A stretch of DNA of 61,295 bases, filler included. It is 8 parts of 8 records of this genome, joined end to end, with 100 filler letters (N's around TTAATTAATTAA, not from the genome) between each part and the next. Parts side by side here need not be neighbours in the genome. Positions count along the whole stretch, not along the records: positions 1 to 11,091 come from SRR31156797_59965; positions 11,192 to 20,227 come from SRR31156797_59981; 6 more parts are not named here. One strand, 5' to 3'. A model generated the notes under the pieces. It was given only the letters and a program-made list of their open reading frames with translations, was not told where the DNA came from and did not search any database. Made by a program: the position numbers and the translations under genes. Positions 8,776 to 18,616 of this stretch are shown here, piece after piece (the first letter of the stretch is position 1; each line of letters opens with the position of its first letter).

Positions 8776-9642
8776 ATGAGTTGTCCCAGTAATAATGATA
8801 GAGAAAAAGAACAGCAGGAGCAGGAGGCCCGGTTAAAGGCCCGGATGCTCAATATTGATAACAAAATCCTGGTGATGAGCGGAAAAGGCGGGGTCGGCAA
8901 AACCACGGTTGCGGTCAACCTGGCCCGGTCTCTCGCTGAAGAGGGGTACAGGGTTGGTATCCTGGATACGGATATTCACGGTCCCAATGTGGCCAAAATG
9001 CTCGGTGCCGATGAGTACCGGTTTGAAGGAACCGACGGCGGAATTGAGCCTCCCCAGGTGGCCCCCAATCTCTGGGCCGCCAGTCTGGTCTTCTCCGGTC
9101 AGGCCGCCGATGCTCCGATTATCTGGCGCGGACCTTTGAAGATGGGTGTGATTAAACAGTTTCTTGCGGATGTAAACTGGGGGAAACTGGATTATCTGAT
9201 AATCGATTCCCCTCCCGGAACCGGCGATGAACCCTTAAGTGTCTGTCAGCTCCTTCCCGATCTGACCGGAGCCGTGATCGTAACAACCCCCCAGGAAGTG
9301 GCGGTCCTTGACTCCCGGAAGTCGATCAACTTCGCCAAAAAGGTCGGAGCTCCCATCCTCGGGGTGATCGAAAACATGTCCGGCTTTGTCTGCCCCGACT
9401 GCAAGTCTGTCCACTATCTCTTCGGTAAGGGCGGCGGTGAACAGGCAGCAAAGGAGATGGAGGTCGATTTCCTCGGTGCCATACCCCTGGAGCAGACGGT
9501 TATGGAGAGTGAGGACAAGGGGCTTTCGCCCCTCGCGGATCAGGCCGATTCCCCCGCTGCGGCGGCGATCAAGTCGATCGTGAAAATGATTGACGAGAAG
9601 GTGAAAGAGGCTTCCTCGCTGGCAGGGCACAGCCATGATTAA
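8776..9642 (+). CDS. mrp: Mrp/NBP35 (ApbC) Fe-S cluster carrier ATPase
   Basis: 'SGKGGVGKTT', 'D.DIHGP', 'IWRGP', 'DSPPGTGDE', 'ENMSGFVCPDC'. Confidence 0.95.
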   Translation: MSCPSNNDREKEQQEQEARLKARMLNIDNKILVMSGKGGVGKTTVAVNLARSLAEEGYRVGILDTDIHGPNVAKMLGADEYRFEGTDGGIEPPQVAPNLWAASLVFSGQAADAPIIWRGPLKMGVIKQFLADVNWGKLDYLIIDSPPGTGDEPLSVCQLLPDLTGAVIVTTPQEVAVLDSRKSINFAKKVGAPILGVIENMSGFVCPDCKSVHYLFGKGGGEQAAKEMEVDFLGAIPLEQTVMESEDKGLSPLADQADSPAAAAIKSIVKMIDEKVKEASSLAGHSHD

Positions 9643-10351
9643 ACTTCCCTTTTCCGACGGCAGTGGTGAGTATCTCCTTAATCCCTCCAAGATTGTGGCC
9701 CTGGGGCTGAACTACCATGCCCACATCAATGAGAGCGTTTCGATTAACGTGAGGGGGGGAGCCAAGGATGTTCCTGTGGAACCTGTCCTTTTTTCCAAGG
9801 CCTCTTCCTGTCTGATAGGATCGGGGGAGGAGATTGTTATTCCCGCGGCATTGACGGAATATGATTTTCATAAAAACGGGGAAGACCGGACCGACTACGA
9901 GGCGGAACTGGCGTTCATTGTGAAAGATGAGTGCAAGGATGTCCCGGCGGATGAGGCTTTTTCCCATATTCTGGGTTACACCTGTTTTAACGACGTCAGT
10001 CAGCGGAATCTCCAGACCGGAGACAAGGCCGGCTGGTTTCGGGGTAAATCCCTGGACACCTACGGTCCTGTGGGGCCGGTGGTTGTCAAAGCCGAAGGTT
10101 TCGATCCGCAGAACCTGAACATCTGCTGCCGAAAAAACGGGGAAATTGTCCAGGAGGCCAACACCTCCATGATGATCTTTAAAATCCCCGAGATTCTTGC
10201 CTTTGTCTCCCGCTGGTTCACTCTGAATCCCGGGGACCTGATTGTCACGGGAACCCCGGCCGGGGTCGGACCCCTCTCCGACGGCGATGAGGTCGAGGTA
10301 GAAATTGAAAAGATTGGAACCCTCAAAAACCGGGTTGTGGTTCAGAAATAA
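9635..10351 (+). CDS. Fumarylacetoacetate hydrolase family protein
   Basis: 'KIVALGLNY..H', 'DYEAELA', 'NDVSQR..Q', 'GKSLDTYGP', 'PGDLIVTGTPAGVG'. Confidence 0.93.
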   Translation: MIKLPFSDGSGEYLLNPSKIVALGLNYHAHINESVSINVRGGAKDVPVEPVLFSKASSCLIGSGEEIVIPAALTEYDFHKNGEDRTDYEAELAFIVKDECKDVPADEAFSHILGYTCFNDVSQRNLQTGDKAGWFRGKSLDTYGPVGPVVVKAEGFDPQNLNICCRKNGEIVQEANTSMMIFKIPEILAFVSRWFTLNPGDLIVTGTPAGVGPLSDGDEVEVEIEKIGTLKNRVVVQK

Positions 10352-10392
10352 AGCAAACAGTTTTCCCTGGGAGCAGCCCCCCGGGGAGCTGA

Positions 10393-10824
10393 CTATTTTC
10401 TTGTCTCCAGATACTGCATCATCTCCGGCATAATGTCCGGGAACCGGGCGTTATCCAGGGGAAAATCATCGACAAAGGCAATCTCCTCGATCTCGAAATC
10501 CTCCGGAAGGGGATCGAAGGTGCGGATATCGGCTGAGTATATGGAACCCCAGCTCATATGGTCGCCGTGATCGACGCCGTAGAGGGCCAGGGGAGCGATA
10601 TCGTAATCGACAGCTCCGGTTTCTTCAAAGAGTTCCCGGCAGGCGGCCTCGTCCATCGTTTCTCCGGCCTCACGGTGACCTCCGGGGAAGCACCAGGTCG
10701 TGTCCCCTTTCAGTCTGACGATGACCCATTTATCCTTGTGCCGGGCGGCTACAACCATGTATTCCAGTTTGGAATCCTCAACCCCGTCGAGGGGCAGGAT
10801 GTTGTCTTTGTAGAGTATTTTCAT
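10393..10824 (-). CDS. NUDIX hydrolase
   Basis: Nudix box 'PGGHREAGETMDEAACRELFEETG'. Confidence 0.92.
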   Translation of the reverse strand: MKILYKDNILPLDGVEDSKLEYMVVAARHKDKWVIVRLKGDTTWCFPGGHREAGETMDEAACRELFEETGAVDYDIAPLALYGVDHGDHMSWGSIYSADIRTFDPLPEDFEIEEIAFVDDFPLDNARFPDIMPEMMQYLETRK

Positions 10825-10877
10825 GTTATGATTGTACGGTATTTCAGAGAATATTTATAGTTCAACTGGAGGGACGT

Positions 10878-11091
10878 GTGGTACAGCTGTTTGCGATTTT
10901 CTACTGGGTCTTTTCAATAATTACAATTATAACCGCCGGGACCGGGCGTAAAATCCGCAGTCTGGCCAAACCAATGACCATGCCCCTTCTGGGGGTGTTC
11001 TATATCCTCGGAACCGGAATTTTCGGGAGCGGGACTCTGACTCCGGAGCCTCTGGTCCTGACAGCCCTTGGATTTTCGACCCTGGGGGATC
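10878..11091 (+). CDS. YhhN/lysoplasmalogenase-like membrane protein (truncated by contig end)
   Basis: 'KPMTMPLL' and 'ALGFSTLGD' motifs; hydrophobic. Confidence 0.7.
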
Positions 11092-11191
11092 NNNNNNNNN
11101 NNNNNNNNNNNNNNNNNNNNNNNNNNNNNNNNNNNTTAATTAATTAANNNNNNNNNNNNNNNNNNNNNNNNNNNNNNNNNNNNNNNNNNNN
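11092..11191. other. Artificial contig spacer
   Basis: 44 N + TTAATTAATTAA (stops in all six frames) + 44 N. Confidence 0.99.
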
Positions 11192-12097
11192 GGAGAGGCT
11201 GTCCACGTCGTGGATCAGGACCTCCGGGATCTTCCCGCCGCCGGGATACCTCTTCCTGAACGCGGCGGGCTTCATCTCCAGAAACTCTTCGAAGCGGTTC
11301 TGCAGATAGCGGGGAGCCGAGAAGCCGCACTCAAAGGCGATATCGGTGATATTGAAATCGGTGCTGAGGAGCAGCTTCATGGCCGTGCAGACCCTCTGAT
11401 AGTTGATCAGCTCCTGAAAACCGTTTCCGAAGAGGTCCTTGATGGCATGGGAGAGGAAGGAGAGGCTGAGGTTCTCCCGCTCGGCGATGTCGCGCAGGCC
11501 GATCCGGCGGCTGCTGTTCTTGAAGATGAAGTCGGCCACCCGGCGGTAACGGCTCTGCTGGACCTCCCTCTCCGCGGCGCTCAGCTCCTTGCGGTTGAGG
11601 ACCTTGCTGACGATATCGAACTGATCCATAACGAAATGGAGGATCTCCGCCAGCCTCTCCCGGGTCGGCTCGTCCAGAATCTTGTCGCCCTTATGATAGA
11701 CATGGAGGAAGAAGGAGCTGAAGAGGCCGCAGAAGCGCTGCTGAATGCCCTTGCCCACCTCCCTTCCGGGGTGGAGGTTGCAGTCGAAGACCACGTCCCG
11801 TACCTCGGGGATATACTGCTCCGCCAGGGGCGTCCTCAGCTTCAGGGAGAGGATGATATTGCCCTCCTCGCCCTTGATCCTGTGGATCTCATCCACGCTG
11901 ATCAGCTCCACGTCACCGGCGGTGAGCCGTTTCTTCAAGGTGGAGGCATAGAACATTATGCTTCCCTTGAGGACCATCATGATCTCCAGATCCTCGTGCC
12001 AGTGGTAGGGCAGATCGTCCACCGAACTGACGGTCAGTTCCAGGGCGGGTTTACCCGCCGAGAGGCCGGTCTGTTTTTCAAATAGTTCCAGACGCAT
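11192..12097 (-). CDS. AraC-family regulator with N-terminal cupin (C-terminus truncated)
   Basis: 'YHWHEDLEI..VLKG' cupin; 'L.DIA....LS.S.LSH', 'ITDIAFECGFS...Y....F......P..FRK'. Confidence 0.9.
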
Positions 12098-12109
12098 AGT
12101 TAACCCGGA

Positions 12110-12604
12110 TCAATACCTTGAGAACAGATCCTGATAGGACATGGCCTTGCGGAAGAAATCCCGGATCTCCCGGGGGTCGGCCGCGGGCAGCTCCGTATTC
12201 TTCCACAGGACGCCGCCTTCCCCGTCATAGAGCACCGCCCGGCGGGGCGGATTGTCCATGCGGTCGATGACGACCAGATACTTCAGGATATTCTCATCCC
12301 CATCGTAATAGTAAGAAAAAGACTTGCTCCAGCTCTCATGCCCGGCTGTCATGACGGCGACCACGAGCCGCTCCGTCTCCCTCTCGTAGTAGAAGCGCAT
12401 CACCGGGGGAACCCCTTCGGTCGCGCCCCTATGGTTTTCCAGGATCATCACGGGGTACTCTCCGGCGGCGATGGCCCTGTCGAGGAGCTCAACCTGCCTG
12501 TTCACCGATACCGCGAGCTCCTCCGCCTCATCGGCCCCTATGAAAACCGGGAGAACCAGGGAACGCAGCAAAAGGGCGCAGAGGGTCAATGTCTTCAACT
12601 TCAT
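12110..12604 (-). CDS. Hypothetical exported protein
   Basis: 164-aa ORF with signal-like N-terminus, ending 12 nt before the AraC start. Confidence 0.6.
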   Translation of the reverse strand: MKLKTLTLCALLLRSLVLPVFIGADEAEELAVSVNRQVELLDRAIAAGEYPVMILENHRGATEGVPPVMRFYYERETERLVVAVMTAGHESWSKSFSYYYDGDENILKYLVVIDRMDNPPRRAVLYDGEGGVLWKNTELPAADPREIRDFFRKAMSYQDLFSRY

Positions 12605-12682
12605 GATCCTATTCTACCCGCTGGGGCCCTCAGTGGAAAGATTCTTTTTTTTATGGCAGACCCGGCCCGCTTCCGCCGGGGA

Positions 12683-12721
12683 GAAAGAAAAGGCCGCTCA
12701 GCCTGAAACGGCGGAGCGGCC
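12683..12721 (-). terminator. Intrinsic terminator after lsrB
   Basis: GGCCGCTC...GAGCGGCC stem followed on the minus strand by TTTTCTTT. Confidence 0.65.
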
Positions 12722-12752
12722 CGATCTGAAATCTGAGATGATTCAGTACGAC

Positions 12753-13814
12753 CTAGAAGTCGTAGTCATCCACGTTGGCCTTGGTGAAAACAACTCTTTC
12801 GGGAAGCAGAACGATACCTGTGTCGGAGGGAGCGTTCTTGTAACCCTGGATCTCATTCTTTTCGACCTTGACCGAACCGACGGTGGGGATATCGATGCTG
12901 TCGCCGACGCTGAAGGAATTCCCGGCGGCCAGCCAGTAACCGATGTAAGCGCCCATGGCGCCCTGCAGACCGCAGTCCCACAGGCCGAAGGCTTCGATCG
13001 TATCGTCCTTGATGTACTCTCTCATGGAACTGGGAGTGGCGAATCCGGTGATGATGATGTCTTCCTTGTTCAGACCGGCCTTTCTGGCGGCCTCGGCCAT
13101 TCCGGGAAGGGCGGTGGAGTCGGGACAGAGGATGGCGTCCAGATCGGAGTAGGTCTCGAGGATGGACTGTCCCACCTGGAGAGACTTCTGAGCGTCCTGC
13201 TCGCCGTACTCTGTGGTCAAAAGCTCCCATCCGGGGTAGTTCTGCTTGATGTAAACCTTGGCGTACTCAACCCAGGCGTTCTGGTCGGTTACGGTGGGGC
13301 TGGAGTAGAAGAAGGCGAACTTGGCGTTCTTCTTCTGGTCGGCGCTCATCTGATCGGCGGCCATGTCCACAAGCAGCTTTCCGAGGATCTCGGGGGTTCC
13401 CTGGTTTACGTAGATCTCTCTGTAAGCGGGGTTGACGTCCGAGTCCCAGGTAACGACCTTGATGCCCATGTCGCGGGCCTTCTGAAGGGCGTCGTTCAGC
13501 CCGTCGGGAGACAGGGAGGAGACGGAGATGGCATCCACGCCTCTGGCCACGGCTGAGTTGATAATCTGAACCTGATCGGCAACCGATGCGTTGGGAGATC
13601 CGTCATAGGTACAGGTAAATCCTACTTCCTTTGCGATATTCTGAGCGCCCACGTTGGCAGACTCAAAGAACATGTTTCCTGTCAGCTTGGGAATGAACAC
13701 GACCTCTATGTCGCCTGAACCTTTCGCGCTTCCACCGTCGCCCTGTCCTCCTGCGAACGCAGCCAGTGAAACCATAGTCATCATAACGATCAACAACCAA
13801 GAATGCTTCTTCAT
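12753..13814 (-). CDS. lsrB: Autoinducer-2 ABC transporter substrate-binding protein
   Basis: GGAGGA RBS before ATG 13814; 'FIPKL', 'TWDSD', 'FFYSSPTVTDQNAW', 'CPDSTALP', 'FGLWD...QG', 'GIVLLPERVVF'; lsr context. Confidence 0.9.
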   Translation of the reverse strand: MKKHSWLLIVMMTMVSLAAFAGGQGDGGSAKGSGDIEVVFIPKLTGNMFFESANVGAQNIAKEVGFTCTYDGSPNASVADQVQIINSAVARGVDAISVSSLSPDGLNDALQKARDMGIKVVTWDSDVNPAYREIYVNQGTPEILGKLLVDMAADQMSADQKKNAKFAFFYSSPTVTDQNAWVEYAKVYIKQNYPGWELLTTEYGEQDAQKSLQVGQSILETYSDLDAILCPDSTALPGMAEAARKAGLNKEDIIITGFATPSSMREYIKDDTIEAFGLWDCGLQGAMGAYIGYWLAAGNSFSVGDSIDIPTVGSVKVEKNEIQGYKNAPSDTGIVLLPERVVFTKANVDDYDF

Positions 13815-13849
13815 AAACTCCTCCAATATATTAAAGCCAATGGCTTTGG

Positions 13850-14914
13850 TTACATTTTTTTACCGGCGATCACACTCGCCGAGTTTCTGTTTATTGTCAT
13901 CCGTCCCCAGAACCGCCTCATCCTGAAGCGGAAGTCCAGGTTCCCCGACAGCGCCGCGATGGCGACGGCCACGATCAGCAGGATTCCCGTGGGGATATTG
14001 GTGTACTGGGTCGGAACCCTGGCCATCTGAAGGCCGAACTTCATAAAGCCGATCACCACGGTGGCGATGGCCGTACCGAAGATGCTGCCCTTTCCTCCCG
14101 TTATGGCGGTACCGCCCAGAACGACGGCCGTGATGATGGACAGGGTCGTCTCGGCGCCGAAGTCGGAACGGGATGAGTTCAGATAGGAGCTGAGCAGGAT
14201 CCCCGCCAGAGCGGCCGAAAACCCGACCAGGATATAGGTGGTGAATGTGATGAACCGGGCGTTGATGCCCGAGAACACGGCGGCGTTCCTGTTGATGCCC
14301 GTAAGGAACACGTAGCGGCCGTACTTCGACTTATGGAGCACCAGAGCCGATATCAGGATCAGCACGAGAAAGATCAGTATGGAATTGGGTATGCCGTTGA
14401 TCAGCTTTCCACCCATAAGGGCTTTGAAAGACTGGGGGAACCCCGCGATGCCCTCGTAGGCGGAAACGCCGGAGAGCTTCATCATAATCAGGGCGATCCC
14501 CGAGAAGAGAAAGCTGGTGCCCAGGGTAACGACCATGGCCTGGATCTCAAGGTAGGCCACCAGGAACCCATTGAGCATGCCGCAGATCATTCCGGCGACC
14601 AGGGCGCAGAGGCAGGCGGCCCAGATATTCATCCCCCCCACCTGCCAGAGCACGCCGGTCACGACCGAGGAGAGCCCGATGATAGAGCCGGCGGAGATAT
14701 CGATCCCCCCCGTGATGATGACGAAGGTCACGGAAAGGGCGATGACCCCGATGACCAGGAAATCGTTCACGCTGTTCAGAAGAAGGGCGATTCTCCAGAA
14801 CTTGGGATTGATGGCGCCGAAGATAAAGATCTCGACAATGAGGAGAAGGAACAGAAAGCCTTCCCATCTGAATAAAAGGGATTTCGCATCCTTCAGCAGA
14901 GCGTTATTTTTCAT
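13850..14914 (-). CDS. lsrD: AI-2 ABC transporter permease LsrD
   Basis: 'RWE..L..LL..EI..FGAINP', 'GGIDIS.GS', 'ITAVVLGG..I.GG.GS'; position in lsrACDB. Confidence 0.85.
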   Translation of the reverse strand: MKNNALLKDAKSLLFRWEGFLFLLLIVEIFIFGAINPKFWRIALLLNSVNDFLVIGVIALSVTFVIITGGIDISAGSIIGLSSVVTGVLWQVGGMNIWAACLCALVAGMICGMLNGFLVAYLEIQAMVVTLGTSFLFSGIALIMMKLSGVSAYEGIAGFPQSFKALMGGKLINGIPNSILIFLVLILISALVLHKSKYGRYVFLTGINRNAAVFSGINARFITFTTYILVGFSAALAGILLSSYLNSSRSDFGAETTLSIITAVVLGGTAITGGKGSIFGTAIATVVIGFMKFGLQMARVPTQYTNIPTGILLIVAVAIAALSGNLDFRFRMRRFWGRMTINRNSASVIAGKKM

Positions 14915-15902
14915 TGCTGTTCTTCTCCATAGATGTATCGACCGCCAGTCTGAGTTTCCTGGCCTTTTCGGCGGAGTACTTGTTAATCAGCACATCCGAA
15001 ACGACGATCAGGATAAGCAGGGAACCGGATATGGTGGCGTTCCAGCTGGCGTCGACCTTCAGGTAAACCAGGGCCGAGGTGATGGTCGTCATGATGGTGG
15101 CCCCCAGGCTGGCCCCGATGATGGAACCCACGCCGCCGCTGAGGCTGACCCCGCCCAGCACGCAGGAGGCGATGGCGATCATCTCGATGCCCGTGCCCGT
15201 GCTGTTCATGATGAAGCCGATCTGGCTGGCGTAGACGCATCCGGCCAGTGCCGAAAAGAAGCCGGACAGGACGAATGACAGGATCGTGATGGCCTTGACC
15301 GGAATCCCCACCAGGAAGGCGCCGCTGTAGTTGTCGCCCACCGCGGCGAAGAACCTGCCCCGCTTTGAATAGCTGATAAAAATCTGCAGGCCCATGACCG
15401 CCAGCAGGGTGATCAGCAGGTACAGATTGATTCCCACATTGAAGGTGGAGGCGTTCTTGAAGTAATCAGGCAGATTCTCTACCCACTTGCCCCCCGTATA
15501 GACGACGATCAGCCCCCTCAGGATTCCCATGGTCCCCAAGGTCATGATGATGGAGGGAATGCCGATGATGCCGATGCCGATTCCGTTTACGAGACCGATC
15601 AGGCATCCCAGAAAAAGGACCAGTAGGATCGACAGGACGGGTTGGGAACCGTCCCTGACCTGTGTGGCCACGATGGCTCCGCAGAGCCCCATGATTCCGC
15701 CCACCGAAACATCGATGTTTCCGGTCAGCAGGACAAAGGTCATGCCGGCGGCCAGAAAGATATACAGAATACTGTTCTGAGAGATCGTATCCAGAGCCGA
15801 AGCGCTCAGGAAATCGGGGTTAACCGAGCCCACGAACGCGAACAGGGCTATAAGGAAAAAGGTAACGGTGGACTCTCTTTTTTTTACAATCCATTTAAGC
15901 AT
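14904..15902 (-). CDS. lsrC: AI-2 ABC transporter permease LsrC
   Basis: 'NIDVSVG', 'TGGKWVENLP', 'ASQIGFI', 'CVLGGVSL.GG'. Confidence 0.85.
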   Translation of the reverse strand: MLKWIVKKRESTVTFFLIALFAFVGSVNPDFLSASALDTISQNSILYIFLAAGMTFVLLTGNIDVSVGGIMGLCGAIVATQVRDGSQPVLSILLVLFLGCLIGLVNGIGIGIIGIPSIIMTLGTMGILRGLIVVYTGGKWVENLPDYFKNASTFNVGINLYLLITLLAVMGLQIFISYSKRGRFFAAVGDNYSGAFLVGIPVKAITILSFVLSGFFSALAGCVYASQIGFIMNSTGTGIEMIAIASCVLGGVSLSGGVGSIIGASLGATIMTTITSALVYLKVDASWNATISGSLLILIVVSDVLINKYSAEKARKLRLAVDTSMEKNSNEK

Positions 15903-15936
15903 AAATCATCAATTCCTTTATCAACCTTCAGTTGAG

Positions 15937-17445
15937 CTATTCGGACAGACCGAAAGCGGCCTCGGTCAACTGATCCATTGTGAGTTCGTTCTTGTCGAAG
16001 CTTTTCACATTCGTTCCCGCATGCATCACCTCCACCCGGTCCGAAAGGATAAGGATCTCCTCGAAGTCGGACGAGATCAGAAGGATGGCGTTCCCCTCTT
16101 CCTTCAGCCGTTCGATGATCCTGTACACATCCGAACGGGCCTCGGCGTCGATTCCTCTGGTAGGCTCATCCAGGATGACCAGCTTGGGCGAGGACAGCAG
16201 GACCTTGCCGATAACCACCTTCTGCTGGTTCCCCCCGGACAGGGATCCCAGCTTCTGGTTCTCATCGGTAACCTTGATCGTCAGGTCGCTGATGCACTGC
16301 TTCGCCATCCTGGTCTCATCGCCGTTGTTGATGAGAAAGCTTTTGCCCGATCTCAGGACGGAGGCGCTGATATTCGTTTTCACGCTGCCCATGCTGAAGA
16401 TTCCGTTCAGATGACGGTCTTCGGGAACGTAGTTGATCCCCTTCTTTATAACGCCGGAGGTCTTCATGTTGGTGATATCTTCATCCATCAGATAGACGGC
16501 GCCCGAGACGGCCCGGCTCATGCCGAATACGGTCTCGGCCAGTTCGGTCCTTCCCGAACCCACCACGCCTGCCAGCCCCAGGATCTCGCCTTTGCGGATC
16601 TCGAAGCTCACATCCCTGAATCCGTAACCCGAGAATTGATCAAGCTTGAAAACCGTAGGCCCGTCGCCCGTATCGGATGGCCCCCTGTCGATCCTCTCCG
16701 ATTTTTCGGCAGGCTTCTCTCTCAGGTTTTCGTCCTCATCGGACACAAGGCCCTTCACCAGAAGCTCTTCGCTAAAGTCGGAGACGGGGCCCGAAGAGGT
16801 GATCCGCCCGTCCTTCAGAATGACAACGTCCGTGGCGATCTCGAAGACCTCCTTCAGACGGTGGGTAATATAGAACATGCCGATGTTCTGCTCTTTCAGA
16901 TCCTGTATGATCCTGAAAAACTGATCGATCTCCTTGAAGGTGAGGGCGCTTGTGGGCTCATCGAATATAAGGATGCGGGCCTGACGCAGAAGCCCCCGGA
17001 GGATCTCCACCAGCTGCTGTTCGGCGATGGACAGGGTATTGGCATTCCGGCCGAGGCCGATATCCCAACCCATATCCTTGATGATGGCCCTCAGGCGCTT
17101 TCCCAGCTCGCTCTTGTTCCCGTTCATTCCGATAAGGATGTTCTCTTCCACCGTCATATTGGGGAAAAGGAGGGGCTCCTGGGGGACGAGATAGATTCCC
17201 TGCTGGAGGGAGTGAGCCGGATTGGAAAGGTTAACCTTTTCTCCGTGGATATAGACCTCGCCGCTGTCCGCCCTGTAGATCCCCATCAGGATCTTCATCA
17301 GGGTGGATTTACCGGCTCCGTTACCGCCGATGATGACCACGACCTCACCGGCATTCAGGGTGATATTGATCCCTTTCAGAACCAGGTTGGACGCAAAGGA
17401 CTTGGTTACTTCTTTTATCTGCAGTAACTGTGTACTGTTCTCCAT
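15937..17445 (-). CDS. lsrA: AI-2 ABC transporter ATP-binding protein (tandem ABC domains)
   Basis: 'GGNGAGKSTLMK', 'GIYLVPQEPLLFPN', 'LAGVVGSGRTE', 'LSGGNQQKV', 'DEPTRGID'. Confidence 0.9.
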   Translation of the reverse strand: MENSTQLLQIKEVTKSFASNLVLKGINITLNAGEVVVIIGGNGAGKSTLMKILMGIYRADSGEVYIHGEKVNLSNPAHSLQQGIYLVPQEPLLFPNMTVEENILIGMNGNKSELGKRLRAIIKDMGWDIGLGRNANTLSIAEQQLVEILRGLLRQARILIFDEPTSALTFKEIDQFFRIIQDLKEQNIGMFYITHRLKEVFEIATDVVILKDGRITSSGPVSDFSEELLVKGLVSDEDENLREKPAEKSERIDRGPSDTGDGPTVFKLDQFSGYGFRDVSFEIRKGEILGLAGVVGSGRTELAETVFGMSRAVSGAVYLMDEDITNMKTSGVIKKGINYVPEDRHLNGIFSMGSVKTNISASVLRSGKSFLINNGDETRMAKQCISDLTIKVTDENQKLGSLSGGNQQKVVIGKVLLSSPKLVILDEPTRGIDAEARSDVYRIIERLKEEGNAILLISSDFEEILILSDRVEVMHAGTNVKSFDKNELTMDQLTEAAFGLSE

Positions 17446-17489
17446 TCAATACCTGACCTAGTAAGTTTAATAAATCTTTTCGCAAATCG

Positions 17490-17518
17490 ATCATTTGATC
17501 TGCTTCATAACAAATGAT
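17490..17518. promoter_or_regulatory. Putative LsrR operator 1 (ATCATTTG-N13-CAAATGAT)
   Basis: Perfect 8-bp inverted repeat with 13-nt spacer in the lsrA-lsrR divergent region; the same arms recur at 17615. Confidence 0.75.
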
Positions 17519-17614
17519 TATTCATACTATCCCCGCTACACGCATATGTCAACAAAAAAGTTTAACAATTCCTTTACAGAGCAATATTCAGAGATAATTC
17601 TAAAAATACGAAAA

Positions 17615-17643
17615 ATCATTTGTCAAAATCCAAAACAAATGAT
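17615..17643. promoter_or_regulatory. Putative LsrR operator 2 (ATCATTTG-N13-CAAATGAT)
   Basis: Same arms and spacer length as operator 1, 125 bp downstream, just before lsrR. Confidence 0.75.
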
Positions 17644-17682
17644 ACTATGCTTTCAAGCTGACTTATAAATAGGGAGAAGCCG

Positions 17683-18606
17683 GTGTTAGACATTGAAAAC
17701 ACATTGGTCAAAGTTGCCTGGTATTACTTTATGAACAACATGACGCAGCAGCAGATTGCCGAAACCCTCGGCATTCCCAGAATGCGCGTGGTCAAACTGC
17801 TGAGCCAGGCCAAGGACGAGGGGATCGTCCAGTTCAAGATCAACCAGTCCATAGAGAAGAAAATCGGAATTGAAAACTCTCTTATGGATAAGTACGGGCT
17901 GGACGACGCGGTGGTCGTGCCGCGCACCAGTCCCGAGCAGGTCACCGAGTCGGTTTCCCTGGCCGCCGCGCTCTATATAGACGAGAAGGCGAAGGACGGC
18001 GACTTTATCAACATCGGATTCGGCCAGACCGTATCCACAACCGTCAGCAAACTCACATACAACACGGAGAAGAAGCTCTCCTTTGTCTCGCTGACCGGGG
18101 GGGTCTCCCACTACACGTCAACCATTATCAAAGGGGCTCACTACCGCCCCTCTTCCAAGGTCACCCCGGACATCCATATCATCCCCGCCCCCCTTCTGGC
18201 GTCCTCCAGGGAAACGGCGGAGGCCTTTCTCGGCGAAAGGTCGATCAGCGACGTGTTCAGCATGAACAAGCTGGCCCATATGACGGTCATAGGGATCGGG
18301 GCGCTTCAGCCCAACGCGTCCATCTTCAAACTGAACATCGCCAGCGAGCATGATTTTCAGCTGATGAAGATGAACGGAGCCGTAGGAGACCTTCTGAGCA
18401 ACTTCATTGACGCTTCGGGGAACCGCATTGAGACGGATATGCACGACCGTCTTATCAGCACCCCCATAGAACGGCTGAGAGAGTTCAGAAACACCATAGC
18501 CGTCGCCGGAGGAGATGAGAAAAAGGACGCCATCCAGGCGGCCCTTCTGGGGGGCTATGTCAATGTACTAATAACGGATGAGAGCACAGCTCATCTGCTA
18601 ATCTAG
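17683..18606 (+). CDS. lsrR: SorC-family repressor LsrR
   Basis: 'VAWYYF....TQQQIA..LGI.R..V.KLL', 'VSLTGGV', 'AGG..K..AI.AAL.GGYVNVLITDE.TA'; divergent from lsrA, upstream of lsrK; GTG start. Confidence 0.88.
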   Translation: MLDIENTLVKVAWYYFMNNMTQQQIAETLGIPRMRVVKLLSQAKDEGIVQFKINQSIEKKIGIENSLMDKYGLDDAVVVPRTSPEQVTESVSLAAALYIDEKAKDGDFINIGFGQTVSTTVSKLTYNTEKKLSFVSLTGGVSHYTSTIIKGAHYRPSSKVTPDIHIIPAPLLASSRETAEAFLGERSISDVFSMNKLAHMTVIGIGALQPNASIFKLNIASEHDFQLMKMNGAVGDLLSNFIDASGNRIETDMHDRLISTPIERLREFRNTIAVAGGDEKKDAIQAALLGGYVNVLITDESTAHLLI

Positions 18607-18616
18607 TCGTAGAGGT

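Noticed and set aside
11136-11147. TTAATTAATTAA recurring seven times, which could look like a repeat array or recombination site
   Set aside because: Always centred in 44+44 N; it is an artificial six-frame-stop linker
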